In this document: one piece after another, positions 27,036-39,083 of the stretch
How positions within the stretch are numbered: the first letter of the stretch is position 1
How the letters are laid out: each line of letters begins with the position of its first letter
Assembly (NCBI GenBank): GCA_964035545.1
Contig: OZ037771.1
Location: 15,471,289 to 15,535,288, forward strand
Source: Bugula neritina
Taxonomy: Eukaryota; Animalia; Bryozoa
DNA length: 64,000 nucleotides
Reading direction: 5' to 3'
The notes under the pieces: model-generated
What the model saw: only the letters and a program-made list of their open reading frames with translations
Databases searched by the model: none
Told to the model about the DNA's origin: nothing
Program-made: the position numbers and the translations under genes

Positions 27036-30000
27036 TTAGGAGTTGTGTGCTCTGAGGTGGGGGTAACTCTCCACTGTCAGCCTGACGGCCTCGTCCAATG
27101 AAATTAGTGGCTTGTAACTGCAAAGGGTAATACAAGACTACTAAAACATTGAAAAAGCAGATAGTTAGAATAGCTGGAAGGAATATTAACCAATTCTCAA
27201 CAGAGATATTCTTTTTGACTTCAGTAACTATTAGATTCCATTACTTATCATTACACAAGAAAGGGAATATTGTTTAAATATTCACTTTTTATGTCTGAAA
27301 AGATGGTAAGAATTTGTGAATTGAGTATTTAGAGATACGAAGTCTTACCCTATCTGAGTCTTGGCTTTAGCACAGCTGTAGTAATGCGCAGTGCCAGCTA
27401 AGGCCACCCGACTTGGTGTGAAAGTGGATTCGAGGGTATAAATTGGGCTAAGAACATAGGCTAACAGTGCCACCAAACAAGCTGTAATATAATACATGGC
27501 TGTATCATGCATATGATAACAAGGTTAGGCTGATGCTGTGGGAAAGATAACTCCACAATAGTAAGTTAGAGCTCTCAGAATGAAATCGTGTACTTACCAA
27601 GATAGTATATGAGAAAATATGGCAAATTGTATTTGGGTGCTTCATATCCTAATCCAGTAAGAATTCTTCCCAGAAACTTCCAGAAATATATTGGTTCATC
27701 ATTAGTAATGTGGTAGACCTGCAGTACATATATGTTAACATATATATACATTATTAATACCAACATTAAGTGATATACAGTACATGAAAGTGAGAAGATA
27801 ACTCTGATGTCATAACTAGATGCCTGCACTACAATATACTTGTATTCAGACACACAGACCTGCCCATTGGCTACACAGCCATTCCCAAGATGCCGTTCAG
27901 CTAGCACATGCCCGTGTACTACATTCTCAACATAGGTGAAGTCTACTAAGTTCTTTCCATTTCTAAAATAGTATATCAATATTAGTCAAAGTTGAGAACA
28001 TGGCTGTACAGTATAGTATCACTACTGTGTATATCACTACTGTGTGTATCACTACTGTGTGTGTCACTACTGTGTGTGTCACTACTGTGTGTATCACTAC
28101 TGTGTGTATCACTACTGTGTGTATCACTACTGTGTGTATCACTACTGTGTGTATCACTACTGTGTGTATCACTACTGTGTGTATCACTACTGTGTGTATC
28201 ACTACTGTGTGTATCACTACTGTGTGTGTCACTACTGTGTTGTATCACTACTGTGTGTGTCACTACTGTGTGTATCACTACTGTGTGTATCACTACTGTG
28301 TGTGTATCACTACTGTGTGTGTCACTACTGTGTGTATCACTACTGTGTGTGTCACTACTGTGTTGTATCACTACTGTGTGTATCACTACTGTGTGTATCA
28401 CTACTGTGTGTGTCACTACTGTGTGTGTGTCACTACTGTGCGTATCACTACTGTGTGTATCACTACTGTGCGTATCACTACTGTATTGTATCACTACTGT
28501 GTGTATCACTACTGTGTGTGTCACTACTGTGTGTATCACTACTGTGTGTGTCACTACTGTGTGTATTACTACTGTGTGTGTCACTACTGTGTTGTATCAC
28601 TACTGTGTGTATCACTACTGTGTGTATCACTACTGTGTGTGTCACTACTGTGTGTGTCACTACTGTGTTGTATCACTACTGTGTGTATCACTACTGTATA
28701 GTATCACTACTGTGTGTATCACTACTGTGTGTGTATCACTACTGTGTGTGTCACTACTGTGTGTGTGTCACTACTGTGTGTATCACTACTGTGTGTATCA
28801 CTACTGTGTGTATCACTACTGTGTGTATCACTACTGTGTGTATCACTACTGTGTGTGTCACTACTGTGTTGTATCACTACTGTGTGTGTCACTACTGTGT
28901 GTGTCACTACTGTGTGTATCACTACTGTGTATCACTACTGTGTGTGTCACTACTGTGCGTATCACTACTGTGTGTATCACTACTGTGCGTATCACTACTG
29001 TGTGTATCACTACTGTGTGTATCACTACTGTGTGTATCACTTCACCCTATCATAAACTTCATCTTTCCCCTTCTGGCCGTCTCCACGGTAATTGGAACCA
29101 GCTGAGGATCTCGAGGACCGAATATTCCATGAGGTCTAATAGCTGCTGTGTAGAGCTCATCATCATTAGCCTCGAGCACCAGCTGTAAAGAGGAAGAGAT
29201 CAATGTATCCATCAGACAGCAGACAACTCCTACACTGATAATAATCAAAAGCTGCTAGACTTAGTCTACCTGTTCTTGGATGGCCTTAGTTTCTGTGTAA
29301 TAGTCTAGAGGTTGGGAGGGGTAGGGGAGCTCCTCCGTAGCATTCACAATATCAACACCTTCGTATATGACTGAGGCACTGCTAGTGAGGACTAGTTTCT
29401 GTAGATGATAACATGAGGCAAGTACATGACAGTAGACTGTTAACACTAAACAGGTGACATTACTAGACAGGTGACATCACTATGCAAGTGACATCACTAG
29501 ACAGGTGACATCACTAGACAGGTGACATCACTAGGCAGGTGACATCACTAAACAGGTTACATCACTAGGCAGGTGACATCACTATGCAAGTGACATCACT
29601 AGACAGGTGACATCACTAGGCAGGTGACATCACTAGACAGGTGACATCACTAGGCAGGTGACATCACTAAACAGGTTACATCACTAAACAGGTTACATCA
29701 CTAAACAGGTTACATCACTAGACAGGTGACATCACTAGGCAGGTGACATCACTAGACAGGTGGCTGTAATTTAATCACTCACTTTGACCTTCATTTTCCT
29801 ACAGCATGAAATTATGTTTTTAGTTCCTTCACAGTTTACTTTATAGAAAAGCTCTTTGTTTTTGGAGGCTGGAGAAGGTGAAGCGCAATGGAACACAGTT
29901 TCAACGTCTTTCATGGCTGAACAGACAGCCTGAAATATAATTGAATACGTAGAAGATAGGATAGTGTGTGATGGTACAGTTATAAAGGATATATTTAGAG

Positions 30001-30415
30001 GGAGCTGAATATATTAAGTGGATGGAGTTGGATAAGTCTAGGGAGAAGGAGCTAGTATATAGTATACAGTATACTGACATCTAGGTAGAAGGAGCTAGTA
30101 TATAATATACAGTATACTAACATCTAGGTAGAAGGAGCTAGTATATAGTATACAGTATACTGACATCTAGGTAGAAGGAGCTAGTATATAGTATACAGTA
30201 TACTGACATCTAGGTAGAAGGAGCTAGTATATACTATACAGTATACTGACATCTGACTGACACAGATCCCCTCTCACATACTCCACTGACACAAGACCCT
30301 TCCACGTTGGCACCATATCAAATACTCGAACAGTCCAACCATCTTTAATTAGCCTCTCTACCAGGTGTTGGCCAAGAAATCCTGCCCCTCCTATAACTAA
30401 AGCTCTAGATGCCAT
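27036..30415 (-). CDS. NSDHL: Sterol-4-alpha-carboxylate 3-dehydrogenase (decarboxylating), about 338 aa
   Basis: 8 exons: 30415-30251, 29929-29783, 29398-29270, 29182-29046, 27962-27860, 27718-27598, 27481-27349, 27117-27036. Motifs [24 protein letters not shown] (YxxxK), [48 protein letters not shown]. Confidence 0.96.
28015..29040. repeat. 15-nt tandem repeat filling NSDHL intron 4
   Basis: Unit TATCACTACTGTGTG; ends within a few nt of the donor at 29045. Confidence 0.95.
29450..29762. repeat. 17-nt tandem repeat in NSDHL intron 2
   Basis: Unit ACAGGTGACATCACTAG. Confidence 0.9.
30047..30254. repeat. 43-nt tandem repeat containing the NSDHL coding-exon-1 donor
   Basis: Unit GGAGCTAGTATATAGTATACAGTATACTGACATCTAGGTAGAA, about 4.8 copies. 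Confidence 0.9.
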
Positions 30416-31799
30416 TTTCAACCAAAGTCTAAAAGACGTCTCTGAAAACCAAAATAGAAAAGTTAACAGGAAGAGAGCATTTATAACTTGTTCATTACAT
30501 TTCAAGCATTTTTTAAAAACTAAAAACTACATCATTATCATACAAGCAAAACTATTGTTGTCTTAAAAGTCAAGACAATTTCAATTTAAAATATTGTAGC
30601 TGTATTGTAAACTTATTATTATAATTAATATTACAATATAATTATTATAAATAATCAAATGCATTTATTATTACTTAATTTTATTCTCATTGACATTCCG
30701 ATTCTTAATCATTATCATTATGTTAGGTTGAACTTGATGTTATATCAACTTAAACATCAATATTTCAACCTATCTTATAAATTATTATAACTATAATAAT
30801 TTTATTGTAAATAAAATATCAGATTCAATATTATTATTACTATTAGAATATCAATATAACCGATTTTTATTTTAAATCATATTGATTCGAATCAAAAATT
30901 TAATATCTTAGACTTAGAAGAAAATCGGGTAATAATTTAAATTATAAAATAAAAAAAAATGAATAATTTTAAATATTACCATAATAATTATTACAATTAA
31001 TGAATTATAATTTAACTACATAAATTTAAATATAATATTTAATCTTATACTAACAGTAACAGTAATACTATTAGCAAATCTAATGTAACAGTAATACTAC
31101 GAGTACGAGTCAATCAAATTCAAAATCAATGAGAATCAGAATGAGAATGCCTTAAAGTTAAAGTTAAAGTTGATAGTTAATAATATTAATAATAATACTA
31201 TAATATTTATATTAATAATAATTGAATAATCTCAAGGGAGAAAAAACGTTATGTTAATATAATATCAATAACAGCAAAAAATCATCATGGCATCGAAAAT
31301 AATAATCAATGTCTATTCCTAATTGTTTACAAATAACTGGAAATGAAAAGAGCTCAATATTTCTACAATTTAATTCTGTCGGCACTATTCACAAAATTTC
31401 CCTGAGGTGATGCGAATTTAGCCAATAAAAATGCTTAACCTAGATTCCATAGATTTAGAAACAGCTAGTTGACGTGTTACCATAATAGTGCGTTGTTATT
31501 TAGCTTCCAGTGCATATATGAAACCAAAACTAATTGAACTTTAAATCGAGCCTCGCAATCGCAAGAAACTATAGAGATAAATAATATTGCTGCACGCAAA
31601 CGATTATCATTAAAGTGCCGAATAGGCTTCGTTGTGTTGGCTTTTTTGTCAAAGCAAGGAGGAGGTTCCGAGTTCTCTCAGGCGTAGTCGTTATATGATT
31701 AAAATACATAATTATTTTAATTACGCGTGCTTACAGTTACAGTAGTTACTGGAGCACTAATTTCTTTCACTTGGTTTGAAATTCTAGTATAGCATAAAC

Positions 31800-34700
31800 A
31801 TGGACGAAGTCGACAAGATAATAATACATTCTTTAAACTCTGTTGGCAGGTATTTCACTATTTCACTGATCCACACTCACATTGACCATTCACATTGTGA
31901 TTGTCATTGTGAATGTGATTGACTCTGAGACTGAGAGTGACTGTGACTGACATTCTTACTCTACGACTATTCGCTACTGGACACTAGTGGTGCTTTTACT
32001 TGAACTTCTAGCAGGAAACCAATAAATATTACTGTTAGTAGTTAGTACTAATATAATGCTAATTAAACTATTAACTCGATGGTTGATAGTTAATACTAAA
32101 ACTTATAGTAATAGAGTTATAGTTATACTAGTACTAATAGTGTGATACTAGTACTAGTAGTAGTATTACGTAATTAATTATTAAATAATATTTATGTTGA
32201 TGCTAAACCAATTTAAATTTCTGCTTTTATAACTATTGATTGTTGTAAGTTAATTTAATAATCCATCAGCATCATAATACTTAATAGTTATAGTTGTACT
32301 TATGCTAATACTAGTAGTAGTAGTGGTATTAATACTAATAGTAATACTAATAGCTATTAGTATTACAATAAACTAGACTTTTAAGCCTTAAGGATAGTTA
32401 TCCTGTTCCAGGTATGGTAAAACTGCTACTAGTACTACACATTTAATCTAATACTTAGTTTAATTAATAATTATTCCCTTAAGGCTAAGGGAAAGGTTAA
32501 TGGCTAATTTATAACAATAAAGTAATGTAATTATTATTATGTAGATATCATTAGTTGGTAAATATATTTAAAATGAGTTTACAATCAATTTAAAATAGGT
32601 CAGGTTAGCCTGTCTGAAGGTAATGTTATTAGTTGAATATTATATTGCATATATTGATATCAATGTGAATGTGTTCATATGATATTAATAGCTTTGAAGT
32701 GGAACTAATGATATTAACCATTATTATTACATTTAAGTTACCCAATTATGTTTCAAACTTATTAAAGTAATGAAGTATCTGTATTTTCAACAGTGACATT
32801 GATGAAAGTCACACTGGATTATCAACATTCACTGCTGATATGATCTACCAAGCAGTTCTGAATTGTGTAGAGGCAATCAACATGACTAATTGTAACATAC
32901 CGAGAAAGTTACCTCCTGGAATGTCACAGAAGTTTAGAGCCGGTTCAGCTCTAGCCAAGTTGGTCACGGTTGGTAATACTATACATCTATACTATACATC
33001 TATACTATACATCTATACTATACATCTATACTATACATCTATACTATACATCTATACTATACATTTATACTATACATCTATACTGTACATCTATACTATA
33101 CATCTATACTATACATCTATACTATACATCTATACTATACATCTATACTACACATCTATACTACACATCTATACTATACATCTATACTATACATCTATAC
33201 TATACATCTATACTATACATCTATACTACACATCTATACTACACATCTATACTACACATCTATACTATACATCTATACTATACATCTATACTATACATCC
33301 ATACTATACATCTATACTATACATCTATACTATACATCTATACTATACATCTATACTATACATCTATACTATACATCTATACTATACATCTATACTATAC
33401 ATCTATACTACACATCTATACTATACATCTATACTAGCTATATAAACTGTAGGGCGTGGGGTACAAGGGAGAGGTTGGCTATCAGACGTTCCTCTACTCT
33501 AATGAAGCTGACATTAGAAAGATTTTGATGTTTCTAGTAGATAAACTGCCTAGAGATACGCAAAGAGGAGGCGAGGACTCACCCACCCCGTCTGGTTAGT
33601 GTCTGTACACACAGGGCTTGTAACTCACTCTACCTCAGTGTTACTGTGTGTAGTACATCTCTCTCTCTTTACTTCAGTGTTACTGTGTGTAGTACATCTC
33701 TCCCTCTACTTACAGGCTCAGCAGGTCAACTCAGGTCTGTCATAAAGTCAGCTATAGAAACTCAACTCAAGCAGGTTTGGCTGCCGGCTGTCTGCTGCCA
33801 ACATGAGAACGTCGTCCGTCCATTTAGAGGTCATGAGGTGCTGAGTGCGGCAGCTGTTGGTGATGGGACAAGGAAACTCACTAAAGGTGCTCACATCTAC
33901 TCTTCTACTCTCTATTCTATACATCTACTCTTCTACTCTCTATTCTATACATCTACTCTTCTACTCTCTATTCTATATATCTACACTTCTACTCTCTATT
34001 CTATATATCTACTTTCCTACTCTCTATTCTATACATCTACTCTTCTACTCTCTATTCTATACATCTACTCTTCTACTCTCTATTCTATTCATCTACTCTT
34101 CTACTCTCTATTCTATACATCTACTCTTCTACTCTCTATTCTATATATCTACACTTCTACTCTCTATTATATATATCTACTCTTCTACTCTATATTCTAT
34201 ACATCTACTTTTCTACTCTATATTCTATACATCTACTCTTCTACTCTCTATTCTATACATCTACTCTTCTACTCTCTATTCTATATATCTTCACTTCTAC
34301 TCTCTATTATATATATCTACTCTTCTACTCTATATTCTATACATCTACTTTTCTACTCTATATTCTATACATCTACTCCTCTACTCTCTATTCTATACAT
34401 CTACTCTTCTACTCTCTATTCTATACATCTACTCTTCTACTCTATATTCTATACATCTACTCTTCTACTCTCTATTCTATATATCTACACTTCTACTCTC
34501 TATTCTATATATCTACATGATGTCTACACGTATTACTTGGTGTGTAGATATGAAGAGGTACTATGAAGCAAGTCTACCAGACGTTAGAGATCAATGTGGT
34601 AGCTCTGCAGCTCTATGCTCTGCTCTTATAGAGAACAATGCATTGCAACTCATCTCTGACCACAACTCCCAGTGGAGACTTCATTCTAGTAAACCGGTGA

Positions 34701-37700
34701 TTCTCTACTCTTATTATATAATATAATATAGTATAATATAGTATAGTATTACATTAGTATATATAGTATAGTATTACAGTAGTATATATATTATAGTATT
34801 ACTAAGTATATATAGTATAGTATTATAATATGCTATTGACAAGTACATGTGGGATGATGTAGGAGAAATCTAAAGCACAAAAGGTAGAAGAAATCCGAGA
34901 GAAGCTGTTGGCTGAAAAAGAGGCTGAGATTCAGCAGACGGTGGAGCAGACGATGTCGGGATTACCCGAGACGAGGTTTACTCAGTTAGAGAAGTTACAA
35001 CACACGGCCTCTGTCGGTGCAGATGTGAGTCTTCGTGCTTGTAATATGTATATATTCTGTATGATATACTATATTATATAGTATATACTATACTATATAT
35101 AATATATTATATTCTATATAGTATAATATATTCTGTGTATTATATACTGTATAGTATAATATATTCTGTGTATTATATACTATATAATGTACATTTTGTA
35201 TAATATATTATATTCTATACTACATAATATACATAATATATTGTTTTTCTAAGCGATTTGTTTTGTTAGTCTGAAAAGACAACTCCCAGTCAAGTAGAGG
35301 CTGGTGAGAAATCTGAAGAGATCAAGTCAGAGCTGACTGAAGAGGTACTTGTGGTATTATAATGATATTGTTATCTAGAGTATAGAGAAGGGTTGCAGTG
35401 AAAGGAGATATTTATAATATTCTTTTCGTAACTGATGGTTGTTTCAACATTAGCATTGATTCAACTTGATGTTTGAGATTATATACGTGTGCTTTTCTAG
35501 CTTGTCAATATAATACATTTATTACTGCTAGATAGTAGGTCATGTGACTACACATCTGCTAGAAAGTAGGTCATGTGACTACACGTCTGCTAGAAAGTAG
35601 GTCATGTGACTACACGTCTGCTGCAGGAAGTGAAGGCTAAACAGGAAGAGGAATTGGAGCAGATAAAGTCTGAGCTGCAGGAAATCACCAACAGAATTTC
35701 TAAACTCACGAAGAACATTGACAAGGCAACAGCAGCTAAAACACAGGTTGGACAATGCAAGTCAATGTAACGTGTAATATGATTGGACAGTATTGTCTGG
35801 CTGCATTTTTGTGACTTCATTTCCTCTGTAGTTAGTGCAAACAGATGTGTAGTGTAGTAAACAGGAAGTTATTAGACATGTACCGTATGACATGCCGAGG
35901 AGGTAGCTCTTTGTTTGGAGTTGTCCCCACTTGTAGGTGGAGGAAGATGTGACACAGAAGAAGGTGGAAGTGGAGGAACACAAGAAGCTCTATCAAGTCA
36001 AGAAGAAGACGTTGGATGTGCTGCCAGAGTCTGAACAGACTATCTCTAAACTTAAGGTAAACTTGATAAGAGCTTTCAGTGTGTTAATAGCTTCATGTCT
36101 AGTTGTTATATTACAAGTGTCTTGTAGCTAGTAGTTATATTACAAGTGTCTTGTAGCTAGTAGTTATATTACAAGTGTCTTGTAGCTAGTAGTTATATTA
36201 CAAGTGTCTTGTAGCAAGTAGTTATATTACAAGTGTCTTGTAGCTAGTAGTTATATTACAAGTGTCTTGTAGCTAGTAGTTATATTACAAGTGTCTTGTA
36301 GCTAGTAGTTATATTACAAGTGTCTTGTAGCTAGTAGTTATATTACAAGTGTCTTGTAGCTAGTAGTTATATTACAAGTGTCTTGTAGCTAGTAGTTATA
36401 TTACAAGTGTCTTGTAGCTAGTAGTTATATTACAAGTGTCTTGTAGCAAGTAGTCATATTACAAGTGTCTTGTAGCTAGTAGTTATATTACAAGTGTCTT
36501 GTAGCTAGTAGTTATATTACAAGTATCTTGTAGCTAGTAGTTATATTACAAGTGTCTTGTAGCTAGTAGTTATATTACAAGTGTCTTGTAGCAAGTAGTT
36601 ATATTACAAGTGTCTTGTAGCTAGTAGTTATATTACAAGTGTCTTGTAGCTAGTAGTTATATTACAAGTGTCTTGTAGCAAGTAGTCATATCTTGTAGCA
36701 AGTGATAGCAGGGGCTGATGCGAGGATGAAGTCACTTGAGACGCAGTGGTTGGACCACAAGATGCCCCTAGAGAAGCAGGTAGAAGACCTGAGAACTAAG
36801 GCTATGGCTAGACAGACCGACATTGAACAGAAGTTGACGGAGCTGCAGACGTTCAAACAGCAGATGAAGTCATTGTCGGAGGAGGCGAGACAGAAAGACG
36901 ATCAGATCAAAACTTTGGTGAATATCTTTCACTAGATATACATATACATAGAGTATATATATAGAGTGTCTATACTGTAATGTAGATATAGAGCAAGATT
37001 AGATATAGATTAGATATACTGTAGATATAGATTAGATATACTGTAGATGTAGACTAGATATACTGTAGATATAAATTAGATATACTGTAGATATAGATTA
37101 GATATACTTTAGATATAGATTAGATATACATGTTTGTAGACTGGAGAATACTCAAAGATGAGCAAAGATGTGTCCAGATCTTCTTACACGAAGAGAATCA
37201 TAGAAATTGTTGGGAATATCAAGAAGCAGAAACGTGATATAGACAAGGTGTGTTTACTACTTCCTGTGTGGTTACTACTTCCTGTGTGTTTACTACTTCC
37301 TGTGTGGTTACTACTTCCTGTGTGGTTACTACTTCCTAGAGTATACAGTCTGTGTGTTTACTACTTCCTAGAGTATATAGTCTGTGTGTTTACTACTTCC
37401 TAGAGTATATAGTCTGTGTGTTTACTACTTCCTGTGTGGTTACTACTTCCTGTGTGGTTACTACTTCCTAGAGTATACAGTCTGTGTGTTTACTACTTCC
37501 TAGAGTATATAGTCTGTGTGTTTACTACTTCCTAGAGTATATAGTCTGTGTGTTTACTACTTCCTGTGTGGTTACTACTTCCTGTGTGTTTACTACTTCC
37601 TGTGTGGTTACTACTTCCTGTGTGGTTACTACTTCCTAGAGTATACAGTCTGTGTGTGTACTACTTCCTAGAGTATATAGTCTGTGTGTTTACTACTTCC

Positions 37701-38714
37701 TGTGTGGTTACTACTTCCTGTGTGGTTACTACTTCCTAGAGTATACAGTCTGTGTGTTTACTACTTCCTAGAGTATATAGTCTGTGTGTTTACTACTTCC
37801 TGTGTGGTTACTACTTCCTGTGTGGTTACTACTTCCTAGAGTATACAGTCTGTGTGTTTACTACTATAGACAGGTATATAGACAGGCATATAACCAGGTA
37901 TATAGACAGGCATATAACCAGGTATATAGACAGGTATATAGACAGGTATATAGACAGGCATATAGACAGGTATATAGACAGGTATATAGCCAGGTATATA
38001 GACAGGCATATAGCCAGGTATATAGCCAGGTATATAGCCAGGTATATAGACAGGTATATAGACAGGCATATAGACAGGTATATAGACAGGTATATAGCCA
38101 GGTATATAGACAGGCATATAGACAGGCATATAGACAGGCATATAGACAGGTATATAGACAGGTATTTATGTTCACAGGTATATATGTTCACAGGTGCTGA
38201 ATGACACGAAGCTGGTACAGAAAGACCTGAACCTGCTGAGTGGAAAGTTAGACAGAACATTCACTGTGACAGATGAACTCATCTTCAAGGACGCCAAGAA
38301 GGACGAGAGTGTGAGGGCAGCGTACAAGTACCTGGCGTCCCTTCATGACAACTTTACTTCTGTGAGGGTCACCTTGGAGGACACCGGGGTCATACTCAGG
38401 GAGATCCGGCAACTGGAAGACCAGGTGAGTTATGTTACTAGTAATATTATAGTAACTAGTAATATAATAGTAACTAGTAATATTATAGTAACTAGTAATA
38501 TGATAGTAACTAGTAATATGATAGTAACTAGTAATATAATATTACTAGTTATATTATAGTTACTAGTAACTATTATATTACTAGTAATATAATAATCATG
38601 CAGATTGACCAGGAAAAGAGGAATGAAGTATCGTCCACGTTGGACAAGATTCTGGATGATTACAAACAGATGAGAAAGGAGAACCAGCAGCTTATGTTGA
38701 AGGTGAAGGACTGA
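31800..38714 (+). CDS. CCDC22: Coiled-coil domain-containing protein 22 (CCC/Commander complex)
   Basis: 13 exons: 31800-31849, 32794-32968, 33453-33594, 33716-33886, 34548-34696, 34863-35024, 35270-35344, 35627-35746, 35937-36056, 36699-36917, 37140-37247, 38194-38424, 38604-38714. Motifs MDEVDKIIIHSL, GYQTFLYSNE, SRSSYTKRIIEIVGNIKKQ, LSGKLDRTFTVTDELIFKDAKKDE, AYKYLASLH. Confidence 0.95.
32976..33436. repeat. 13-nt tandem repeat in CCDC22 intron 2
   Basis: Unit ATACATCTATACT. Confidence 0.95.
33893..34516. repeat. 28-nt pyrimidine-rich tandem repeat in CCDC22 intron 4
   Basis: Unit ACATCTACTCTTCTACTCTCTATTCTAT. Confidence 0.95.
36104..36698. repeat. 29-nt tandem repeat in CCDC22 intron 9
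   Basis: Unit TTATATTACAAGTGTCTTGTAGCTAGTAG, about 20 copies, running into the acceptor. Confidence 0.95.
37248..38193. repeat. Two abutting tandem arrays filling CCDC22 intron 11
   Basis: GTGTG(T/G)TTACTACTTCCT-based array 37248-~37865, then 12-nt TATAGACAGGTA array ~37865-38165. Confidence 0.93.
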
Positions 38715-39083
38715 GCAGACGATGTAGTCACTGTCCTTCTGTTCCTCTGCACAGAACATTAGTTTCTATCATAACTTCTCACAGAAGTGGCAAGACTTTG
38801 TAACATAACTTCATTCATGTTATTAACACGTTACTCTCTTATTTAATGTAATATTGAGCTGAGTTAACAATATAAATAACTTCACTAAATCACTCCTGCT
38901 AATATATATTCACACTTTTGGACTCATAGTTTTTATATTACCTTCTTTTTATAAATTGATTTAATACAAAAACATAAAATATACAATTTGTATTCTCAAA
39001 TTTTGTGTCCCCCCCTCCTTAGTGTACGTCTAGTCAGCTGAATAGAGCCCAGGCTAAGGCGAGACCCCGCCCACACTCCGCTA

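Noticed and set aside
27963-29188. Long Cys/Val/Thr-rich ORFs
   Set aside because: They derive from the 15-nt array in NSDHL intron 4.
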